Positions 55,433 through 64,000 of a DNA stretch of 64,000 bases are shown one piece after another. Source of the stretch: Pelagomonas calceolata (taxonomy: Eukaryota); NCBI GenBank assembly GCA_918797485.1, contig CAKKNE010000001.1, forward strand, positions 186,001-250,000, given 5' to 3'. A program made the position numbers and the translations under genes. Below the pieces are notes generated by a model. It did no database searches. It had not been told where the DNA came from and saw only the letters and a program-made list of their open reading frames with translations. Position 1 is the stretch's first letter, and every line of letters begins with the position of its first letter.

Positions 55433-56962
55433 TCACAGTTTGGTGCAGGCCACGGCCCAGTTCCCCTCGTCATAGTAGCACTCGTCGACGCGCGCCGCCC
55501 CCGCCACCAATCCCCGCAGTTCGCCCTCCGCAAACACGTGGCAGTACCGTTTGAGGACGGTGGCGTTCTTCCTTTCGTCCCGGACCGCGTGCGCCGGGCA
55601 TTGCCGAGCCGTCTCCTTGTTGTAGTGGGGCCCGTGCTCGCGCAGGTGGAAGGGCACCAATACATCTGTGGAATCGAACTGGTGGCCACTTCGGTTCTCA
55701 GAGCCATTTTTCTGCTCCTTCGCCCAGGCGTAGAAGAGGGCCCGGCCGCCGGGCTTGAGGATTCTCAACGTCTCCCGGATGCACTGTACGCGTCGTTCAG
55801 CCGTAGACAAGTGATGTAAGACGGCGATGTTCAGCGCGACGTCGAAGGCACCACTTCTATACGGCAGTCGCACGCCGTCGGCCACGAGGCACTCGTACCG
55901 CTTATCTTTGTGTGTTGTGTGGGCGATGTCTATTAATGCATCAGAGGTATCGCACGCTATTGTAAAGGCGCCGCGCCGGCACGCGGCGTCTGCCATCTTC
56001 CCATTTCCACACCCAACATCAGCGACGAGCGCTCCAGCACCGCAATTCATCAAACAAAACTTCGCGACCCGCGGCCAGGCCTTGTAGCGCGTGCCGTGCC
56101 ACTGAGGCGCGATGGCGTTATACACCGACCGGACGTGCTCGAGTTCAATTGAGGGCGTCTTATCTGTAGCTTCGCTCGGCAATGGCGCCGCCTCGGGCCG
56201 CCGTTCCGCTCTCACCGACGGCTTGGGCGGCTTGTTGCGCTGCTGGCGCTTCAAGGCCTTCTTCGCGTCGCGGCGCTCCTTTATTGCTTTGGTCTCGTCG
56301 GCAAAGTGGCGCTTCGTCTCCGCATTCAATCGTCGAAACGTCAGCGAGATGCGAGGACGCGTCGCGGGCGGCAGGCCGTGCGTCCAGTCATTTGCCGCAT
56401 CGCCGCCCAAGCGTAATGCGCTTCCAACAGGCAGTCGTATCCGTCGCGCGAGATACCCGCGCCTCCTAAAGACGACGCACTGCTCCGAGCCCAGCGACAC
56501 CGTGACCAAAGGCCGTTCGAACTTCTTGGAGTCGACGTGGTCCGGGAGCCACTGGCCCTGCCCGTAGAAATTCACGCAACAAGCGTCAGGAACGCTCTGC
56601 ACGACCCCGAGCTTCTTCAGTCTCCGGGCGACGCGTAACAAAGCAGGCGGCAGCGGCGCGACCGCGGCGTTTTGCACCCTATTTTTGTCCACATAAGCGC
56701 CGAACTGGAGCGTTTCTCGAGATTGGTTCCGTTTCTTGAAGGCTGGCGCGGTGACGGGGCTGTACGTCTTGCCTGGTAGTGACGAGCCGTTCCTCAGCAA
56801 GTCTCGCAGCAATGTTTCCAGCGTTTCGCACTCTTCCTCGTCTAGCACGGCTTCGAGGAGCGTGGCGCCCTCCGGTGGCTGTCTTCGTCGATACCAGTAG
56901 AGCAGGGCGGCGGCAGCGGCGGCGCCTGCGGCGATGCAGGCGCGGCGCTGCTGGTGCGACAT
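55433..56962 (-). CDS. ALKBH8/TRM9-like: AlkB 2OG-Fe(II) dioxygenase + tRNA methyltransferase
   Basis: VNFY..GQWLPDHVD..VSLGS..WTHGL..RISLTFRR; EHVRSVYNAIAP..TRYKAWP..DVGCGNGK..IAVLHHLST..RYCHVF.EGEL. Confidence 0.9.
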   Translation of the reverse strand: MSHQQRRACIAAGAAAAAALLYWYRRRQPPEGATLLEAVLDEEECETLETLLRDLLRNGSSLPGKTYSPVTAPAFKKRNQSRETLQFGAYVDKNRVQNAAVAPLPPALLRVARRLKKLGVVQSVPDACCVNFYGQGQWLPDHVDSKKFERPLVTVSLGSEQCVVFRRRGYLARRIRLPVGSALRLGGDAANDWTHGLPPATRPRISLTFRRLNAETKRHFADETKAIKERRDAKKALKRQQRNKPPKPSVRAERRPEAAPLPSEATDKTPSIELEHVRSVYNAIAPQWHGTRYKAWPRVAKFCLMNCGAGALVADVGCGNGKMADAACRRGAFTIACDTSDALIDIAHTTHKDKRYECLVADGVRLPYRSGAFDVALNIAVLHHLSTAERRVQCIRETLRILKPGGRALFYAWAKEQKNGSENRSGHQFDSTDVLVPFHLREHGPHYNKETARQCPAHAVRDERKNATVLKRYCHVFAEGELRGLVAGAARVDECYYDEGNWAVACTKL

Positions 56963-57314
56963 GTGAGAGCCGCTTTTTGCGCACGTGTGCGCGGGATCTG
57001 GAAGCGCTTAGCGGCTACCAGCGGCGCTACAAGAGCGAGTTGCTAGGGAGAGCAGTGCTTGTAGATGCTTGTAGAGCGACAGGCGGCGGCGAATCGATGT
57101 GAATTTCGACACCACTCGTATGCAGGGATATCGGGCGCTATGCGCGACACCTAAGCGACCCAGCTGCACCGGGACGCGCCGCAACACTTGCGAATCGCCT
57201 TAACGTGCGGGTTTGAGGTGCTCGTCTGTTTACGCCATCGACGCGACGTTGGCTTTCGTTTCGATCGGTGGAGGCGCGGTAGTAAACGAGCTAAGTTCAA
57301 TAGGAACAAACTGT

Positions 57315-58475
57315 CTATGTACGGCGCACGGCGGGCGCCATTTGAAAGGGTGTCCAAACCAAGGACTCATATGGTTCAATCCTCCGCTCCCGAAGACCGG
57401 AAGCAGCGGAAGCTCCCGCTCCCCTGGTAAAGCGGATTTGCGCTTCTGGACCGCGCAGCGCCGCCGCGCGCGCCCAGCGCCAGTTGCGCCTTACTAACGC
57501 GTCGTGGCACCGCCCGTTCTGCGCATCTCTATCACTACTACGTAATTGCTTCTTCTTCGACAACGCGTGGATCTGCCGATTCGACTGCCAGGGCCTATTT
57601 TCAAACGAGAAGCCGGGCACGTCTTTGACCGTGATACCTCGCGCTGCTAGAAATGCTGAAACAACTATATCGTCCACCACGCGGCAAGTAGGTTCTAGAC
57701 GAGACGCCATGGCCGCATAGGCTGCGAGGGCGCCGTCCAACGCTAAGTCTAATCGTATTCCAACACCTCTAGAACCGTAGGCCACGGGAAAGCGCGGCCT
57801 AAAGTTTAATTGAGACGGTGGTGATTGGACCGTGAAGACGGTCGACGGCGACGCCCGTAAGGCCTTCGAGTACCTCTCGACGACATGTTGATTATATTCG
57901 TGGTCGTCGTCCAGCACTAATAAAAAGCGGGGCATCGTCTTGCGAGTTTTGCGGATCGCGTCTTGACTACCAATATACTTCTCAATCGGGCCTCGGTCGG
58001 AAGCCGTGCGCACGAAATGCACGTCGACGGTGTGCTGCTTGTCTCGGTTCCGCGAGAAGTAATGAGGACACGCGTTCGGGCGCTCGTGACTATCCACAAC
58101 GTATATAGCTCCAGGAACCGTCTTGCCCGCGACTAAGCTCCGCAGCATGATCGGCAGCGCTTCGGCCCGCTCCGGCTGCGTCGTTATACTGATGACGAGG
58201 TCATTGACCACGTGCGGCGCCGGAGTATGCGTGTTTTCGGCGACCGCGTAATACCAGGGCCAAAAACTCCCGTGCCGCAGGCCGCAGGTCAGGATCTGGC
58301 CCGGTTCTAGCGGTGGCGGGGGCGGGGGCGGGTGGCGCCTCCGATAGTCTAGCGCCGCGAAAGCTGTCGCCGCTAGCAAAGCTGTTAGCGCCGCTGCTTT
58401 GACACGGGGGCTGCGCGCAGCCCCCTCATCCTTAGATGAGGACCGCTTCTTGACGTCGAAGGTCGGCAGCTCCAT
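57315..58475 (-). CDS. Type II membrane glycosyltransferase-like (GT-A) protein
   Basis: TM anchor; VISITTQPER, DRGPIEKY, LVLDDDHEY, VDDIVVSAFL. Confidence 0.7.
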   Translation of the reverse strand: MELPTFDVKKRSSSKDEGAARSPRVKAAALTALLAATAFAALDYRRRHPPPPPPPLEPGQILTCGLRHGSFWPWYYAVAENTHTPAPHVVNDLVISITTQPERAEALPIMLRSLVAGKTVPGAIYVVDSHERPNACPHYFSRNRDKQHTVDVHFVRTASDRGPIEKYIGSQDAIRKTRKTMPRFLLVLDDDHEYNQHVVERYSKALRASPSTVFTVQSPPSQLNFRPRFPVAYGSRGVGIRLDLALDGALAAYAAMASRLEPTCRVVDDIVVSAFLAARGITVKDVPGFSFENRPWQSNRQIHALSKKKQLRSSDRDAQNGRCHDALVRRNWRWARAAALRGPEAQIRFTRGAGASAASGLRERRIEPYESLVWTPFQMAPAVRRT

Positions 58476-59042
58476 GGACACGCCTAGCTACGCCTGGGGC
58501 GCGTCATTGTTGCGCAAGTTTTTTCCCCGCTGGCCCGCGTTTGGCATCAGGATACACTAGTCTAGTAGACGCTAGGCGCGGCCTTGCGAGGGGTTGTTGG
58601 CTGAGGGCTCGGGGGGCTGCCCCGGGAGGGCGTCTTGGGGCTTTGTTGGTACCATGGTGGGCTGGGTGCTTTTGTTGGGTCTTGGGGCTGCTGGGGGCGT
58701 CCCACGGGGTCGCAGGCTTGGGCGGAGCGGTCTTGGGGCTCGGCGGTGGGGCGGAGAGGCGTTTTTGGGATCGGTGATTTAAACAATAATCATACTAGGA
58801 GCAAAACCCCCATCCCGGAGAGGCTGCTCATTTACTGCCTGGATTAAGGCACTTCCGCCCCCTCGCCAAACACAGCGGGCGCTGGAGGCAGTAGCCAGTG
58901 GCCATCTCAAGACCCACAGCGAGTTTCGCGACCCCGCGCGCCGCGTAACCGCAGCGCGAAGACTTGGCGCCGCGCGCCCAAATCGCCGCCGCCCGCCGCC
59001 GCGGACCCGGCGCCCGCGCTAGAACCGCGGCGCGAGGCCACC

Positions 59043-59222
59043 CAAGGCCCGCGAGAACCTCGGGAGCACCGCGCGCCGCGCCGGGCCCCTAAAAAAAGAG
59101 GCGGGAACACCGCGGCGGTTTCGACCCGCCCGCGCCGCAAGGCCCGCGAGAACCTCGCGAGCGCCGCGCGCCGCGTATCGACGCCCTAAAAAAAAGAGGC
59201 GGGAACGCCCGGAGCGGTTTCG
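59043..59222. repeat. ~95-bp direct repeat (2 copies) directly upstream of the cold-shock gene
   Basis: CAAGGCCCGCGAGAACCTCG..CCCTAAAAAAAGAGGCGGGAAC..GCGGTTTCG at 59043 and 59138. Confidence 0.9.
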
Positions 59223-59228
59223 CGCACG

Positions 59229-60167
59229 ATGATGATGTCCCCGCCGAGCCCCGGGCGCCTGCCCCAGAGCCCCAGGTTGGGCCACCCGCCGCCGCTCGCG
59301 ACGCCCGGGTTCTTCGACGACCCCGACGACGACGCGCTCATCTGGACGGCGACCTCCAGTCATCAATTGGACCAGGACAAGGGCTGGGAGGAGCCGCCCG
59401 TGTCGCCCGTCCTGCGCCCGTTGCAGACGCCGTCCCAGAACGAGGTCATGGAGATGGCGCAGCGAGCGTGGAGTCCGACCAAAGCTCCTCAGCGTTCACA
59501 AGTGAATCAGGTCACGCCGGCGTGCTCGCCCGTCGGCCCCGTGGACCACAGTGCGCCGCTCATGCCGGGCCTGTCGACGCAAGCGCCCGAATTCGTGCCG
59601 GGCTATCCCCAGCAGCCTCAGGTCCCGTTCGACCCGCACGCGAGGATGGCGGGGACCATAGTTCATCTCAGTCGTAGACTGTGTGGCGCGTTCACGTCTC
59701 GTCGACTGGATGGTAGCACGGCGACGTACTATAATGGGTGGTACGGGTTCGTGCGGCCGGACGCGGCGACCTTAGATGCGGAAGGGATCTGTCGGGACGA
59801 CTTGTTCTTGCATCCGTCCGATGCTGCTGATGATTATAATCCGGCGGTCGGGGACCGCGTGACATTTAGAAGAGGCACGCACAACGGTCGGGCCAAGGCG
59901 GTGGAAGTGCGCTTGATCATGGATCCAGCTAGAAGGATGGTGCCGCACGAGCCCGCCGTCGCGCCGTGCTGGGCGGCGCCGGCTCGAGCCGTGTCGCGGA
60001 CTACCGGCAGGCGCCCGCCATTAGGGGCGAGAACCGTCATGTTTCATTGGGCCCGCGCGGGTCGCCCCGCACGGTCGCAACATGCGTACGCGCCGCAGCC
60101 GCAGCGGGCGCACTTCCCGCCGCATCAGCTGGAACTGCCCCAGGCGGCGCCGCCGGCGCACTGGTAG
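59229..60167 (+). CDS. Cold-shock-domain protein with PAM2-like motif
   Basis: WYGFVRPD..DLFLHPSD..GDRVTF..GRAKAVEV; LSTQAPEFVPG resembles PAM2. Confidence 0.8.
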   Translation: MMMSPPSPGRLPQSPRLGHPPPLATPGFFDDPDDDALIWTATSSHQLDQDKGWEEPPVSPVLRPLQTPSQNEVMEMAQRAWSPTKAPQRSQVNQVTPACSPVGPVDHSAPLMPGLSTQAPEFVPGYPQQPQVPFDPHARMAGTIVHLSRRLCGAFTSRRLDGSTATYYNGWYGFVRPDAATLDAEGICRDDLFLHPSDAADDYNPAVGDRVTFRRGTHNGRAKAVEVRLIMDPARRMVPHEPAVAPCWAAPARAVSRTTGRRPPLGARTVMFHWARAGRPARSQHAYAPQPQRAHFPPHQLELPQAAPPAHW

Positions 60168-60376
60168 ATTGCCCCAAAGCCGCGCTCTACCGCAAGAAGA
60201 AGACTCAAAGCATACGCTAGTCACCACCACGTCGCGGCGTCGTCGGCGTCGGGGCCCGCGCCCTCGACGCCACCGAAACGCCACCGACGCGACAAAGTAC
60301 GCGACACTTCCTGCCGCGAGGTAACTCTCGAAACTGGTCACCCCCACGCCGTCGACGTGACTATCACACAAAAGCA

Positions 60377-63300
60377 TTACACCATGAACCCCAGCGCCGC
60401 CGCCATGCCCGCGTCGGTAGGCTTGAAGGACTCCTCCTCGTCGTCGCGCGTCAGCAGGGACACCTCCGTCGAGCCCGGCCTTGATTTCACAGCGTAGGGG
60501 TTCGCCTCGCCGTCCTTTGAATATCTTCTTTTAAATTTTGGCGGCTCCGTGGACCAGGTCACGACACTTCCGTCGTCCACCCCATACGCCTCTTGCGTCA
60601 ATCCTAGTTCCTTCGCGGAGACCTCGCTATTCAACTGGCGCTGGGGACCCGGCTTCAGCTTCTCAAAATCAAATATTCGTGAAGCGAAGTAGACGTAGTC
60701 GCGGGGGTGGTTCGGCAGTAAGTGCGACCGCTTCCGCTCGTAGAACGCTTTTTTGTCGACGTTCAACACGTAGCAGTAGCCCGCGAGCTTCTCCGCGCGC
60801 AACCACGTCACTCGCGAGTCTTCATAGAGCTCCCGCTCGTGGTCAAATAGTCTATGCGTGACCCCTTTCAGAGCCTTCACACCTTCCGCGTCTAAGAAGT
60901 AGGCCACGCAAATCCACACATTGCATTCTTCATCTCTGCAAGTAGCAATCAACTGGCACGGCCGCCGCTCGCCCTTCTCACCCATAGTGTAGGGACACCT
61001 TTCACTTTGCACCGCAAAGGTCATGTCCGTGATCACGGGCCGCTCGCCAGGCACGGTGGCCGACGGAGCCTTGACCACCACTTCAGGGTAGAACTTCATC
61101 GGTGCGACCGGACCTTTCATCCGTCTAGCACAACCACAATCCCAGCACCGGAAGCGCTCCCGCTTGTGCTTGAGACAGACAGCGAGAGGAGCTCTTTTAG
61201 GTGGGGGAAAGGGTGGTGTCAGCTGCGCTTTCCCTTTCACGTCGGCGAGGCCCTTGCCCTTGCCGGCCTCCATGGCGTCGGCCTTGGCCTGTGTGGAACG
61301 ACGGTCTCTGACGGCCACGTCGACGGCGTCACGGTGGCATTGCGTCGCATTGACGCCATCGACACGACCACGTCAAGTTCAAGTTCAATGAAGACGCTGA
61401 GTCAGCACCGCCAGCTTCAACTCCACGTAGATCTTCTTCACCTCGCGCTTCGAATGGCCGACCTTCAGGTGCCGTTTCAGATCGTCGCGCGTCACGCACG
61501 GCTGGAAGCAGATCGGGCACTGAAATAAACACTTCTCCCTATCTTTTTTAGCTATCTCGCCTCGCTCCCAGATCATCTTCTCGTCCGGCCAGACCCTCCT
61601 AAAGAACTGGTCTTGTTCGGGCGTCGCGACGGCCAATCTCCTTCTCCCTAAATGCTCCCTCTTCGCATGTTGTACTGCAGCCTCCTTCGTGGAGAAGACG
61701 GCGCCACAACCGGGGTGGGGACAGAGCCAGGGCCGCATGCGCCGGTCTTGCCTTATGGGCTCGAACTCTTGGAGTTGCCGTCGCGGCGCCGTCGCGATGT
61801 CGTGAGCTAGTTTGTGCACATCTGACTGGGGCGTATCCACCCTCATGTCCGACTCGGAGTTCCTCCTTTCTAAGATGCGATATTCCACACCGACAGAAGG
61901 TCTAGTAGTACCGGACCGGCCCATGTTGGAAGACGAGGCTCTAGAGGTCGGCTCCGACATGTCCTCGTAGTAGGAACTATCACGAGACGACAGCGAGGAG
62001 TACCGCGACCGCGAGTCCCTGCTCTTCAATGAACCAGCGAAGCGCACGCTACGACTGGTCGCGCCGCGGTCCTCCTCCTTAAAATCGTCCGGGACAGAAC
62101 GACTGGTCTGCGGCCGCTCTTCCGGAATCTCGGCGACGGGTTTTTCCGCCGCTCTCGCTTTGCTCGGGTCCTCGAGAGCTGATGATATAGCTTGGTCCCA
62201 CCGCATGGAGGCGTTCTTCGACTTTGTATCTACTGAAGGTTCGTCCTGGATCGCCTTGGCGGACGCGCCACTCCGTTCGGCGGAGCGCGCGTGGAATCCT
62301 AATCTGCGAAAGGCTTCCTCGAGTTGGGAAGCGTGCTTCGGCTTCGCGTACAATCGTTGCGTGAGCTCGTGGCGCCGCTCCTTACTCAGGTCGAGGTGGC
62401 GGTTCAGCGTACCTGTGTGCGAACGGCCTCAAACTCGAAAAAGAGACCACCCCCGGCATCGTGCGATGGCCACGAGTCGCGTCGACGGCGTGGGACGCCG
62501 CGAGCGCACCATATCTAACATCCCTCAGAATTTTCTTCCAGTGCCGCTCGAGGAAGACGTCGTTCCTAAAACAGAGCGACACGAAGCCCGTGTCCTCATG
62601 CTCCCGCAAATTCAAATCTTCCTTGCCGAACCGATCCAGCAGCTCCAGATACACTTCCGTGGGGTCCGTACTAATTCTCAATTCGCCGTCCAGAATCATG
62701 GGAATCGGCCGCGTCAGGTGAAAGCCCTTCCTCAGTTCATTTTGGGACTGGAGCTTGCCCGCGAAGTGTTCCTGCCACAACGCTTCCTCCTCTTCCTTGG
62801 CCACTGCTATGGACTCCAGGTGGTGCCGGCCCGGGCTTTCTTGTTTTTGGACCAGCGCCAAAGCTTGCAGCTCGGCTGCAGGGACGTGGCCACTCCTTCG
62901 GTTCGGGTCCAGAAGTCGTTTAGCTGGTCTTGCGATGCAGACGTCATCATTCACGGGCTCTGGATCTGCGTACGTTTGCTCGAACGGCGCGTCGATGCTC
63001 CGAGACGCGTCGTCTTCAGGGATGAGGCGCGAGCGGCTCGAGGGTCGCGTTGGCGACTCCATGACCACTTGCGATGAAGCCTGCTCCCCCACCACTTGGG
63101 AGATGAGCGGCCCCAGTTCCAATTTTGGCTTTGTAGGCTTATCTGATCTGTTATGAAAGATGTCCCGCAGCAACTGTCGCGTGACGGGCCCGTGCACGTC
63201 CGCCTCGACGCAACAAGTAGGCACCAACAAATGGGTCATGGGCGTGTGGCCGCAATGCTTACAAATCAAGTCGCGCACGCCCTCCTTACTGGCATAGCAG

Positions 63301-63996
63301 TCGCACTCGCAGCCTTTCCTCATGCACGGGCCCCTCGACACACACAACGAGCAGACGATCCTCCGGTGTAAAGAACAGGGTCTGTAGGACATCCTAGCGA
63401 AGTCGAGGAAGTCGCGCCTGCGTGGCACCGACGCCGTCGCGACACGGCCTCTGTGCACTCACGAGACGCGGTGCGGCCGCGTCGACGGCGTCGAGGCGAC
63501 GCGGCATCGCCTCGACGCCATCGCGGCGACCACGTCATGCGCGGAGCATCGCGGTCCCTCGACGCGGTCCGAACGGCCTCGAATTCGAAAAAGAAACCAC
63601 CCAGGTCATCGTGCGATGGCCACGAGTCGCGTCGACGGCGTGAAGGCGACGACAGACGCCGCGTCGGCACCAGCAGACGACGCCGTTGCGCTTCTTGTCG
63701 AACATCGACGCCCAGCCCTCGACCTCCGACGGGAGTATTGGTAAACCTTTCGCCTGCCACAACGCGTTGAGGGCCTTCCGGAACTCGAACTTCGAGCAGT
63801 TTCCCAATTCCAGATCATCATAAGGTAGAAAATGTACTTTATCTTGATCGGTGAACCACGTCTCCGGCCGCTGCCACGACTTACTTGTTGTGATCGTCGT
63901 GACGGACTCTACGTCATCTGAAGTGACGCGGTACGACGCCTTTGGCAGCAACGCCTCGAGGTCGCGCTTCCTCTCGGGCGAGACGGAACCGACCAT
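60377..63996 (-). CDS. Multi-exon protein: EF-hand-like + Cys-rich + C2H2 zinc fingers + BAH-like domain (introns 63418-63670, 62413-62509, 61289-61408; start may lie beyond the window)
   Basis: FDKKRNGVVCW|RDFLDF; CPHPGCGAVF..HAKREH; CPICFQ..LKRHLKVGH; ERELYEDSRVTWLRAEKLAGYCYVL. All three GT-AG junctions restore frame. Confidence 0.75.
62413..62509 (-). mobile_element. Introner-like intron, 97 bp
   Basis: GTGCGCTC...CACACAG followed by exon GTACGCTG (6/8 decayed TSD). It shares a ~70-bp block with intron 63418-63670. Confidence 0.75.
63418..63670 (-). mobile_element. Introner-like intron, 253 bp
   Basis: Contains CGAACGGCCTC..TCGAAAAAGA.ACCACCC..CATCGTGCGATGGCCACGAGTCGCGTCGACGGCGTG, nearly identical to the neighbouring intron. 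Confidence 0.75.
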
Positions 63997-64000
63997 GCGC

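Noticed and set aside
58600..58760. GTCTTGGGGCT x3 G-rich tract (G-quadruplex or telomere-like?)
   Set aside because: Irregular spacing, not a telomeric repeat, and no further support.
47..63996. Numerous long antisense and alternative-frame ORFs in the track
   Set aside because: Arg/Ala/Pro-rich shadows of real genes, expected at this GC content.

Overview
GC-rich, gene-dense eukaryotic nuclear DNA. It is most consistent with a pelagophyte alga (Pelagomonas/Aureococcus-like stramenopile); this is inferred from bipartite plastid-targeting peptides, short introns and gene content. About 38 mostly single- or few-exon protein genes are recognisable, including PKD2, glycerol kinase, RPL35A, a NEK kinase, long-chain acyl-CoA synthetase, Mpv17, GNAT, EamA, DHH-CBS, Mic10, Pho88 and ALKBH8-like. 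No rRNA, tRNA or CRISPR was seen. Main observations: (1) several introns look like introner-type non-autonomous DNA transposons, two with exact 8-bp target-site duplications that supply the GT donor, plus CTGTGTGGAAAT-type termini that supply the AG; (2) a palindromic CACGCCATCGACGCGAC motif family is shared by these introns and by 3' intergenic regions; (3) a CTAG-N11-15-CTAG motif (CTAGTGTCTTACATGCCGCTAG-like) recurs in about a dozen 5' intergenic regions; (4) a putatively myristoylated RelA/SpoT-like synthetase is fused to a 126-bp TPR array with hypervariable positions; (5) a REV1-like protein lacks the polymerase domain; (6) a spliced HNH-motif gene lies next to a multi-Myb gene; (7) a ~1.2-kb element bounded by inverted repeats sits in a gene-free island. 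Several frameshifts fall at homopolymers or dinucleotide runs, which suggests residual assembly errors. All calls are by eye, without database searches.
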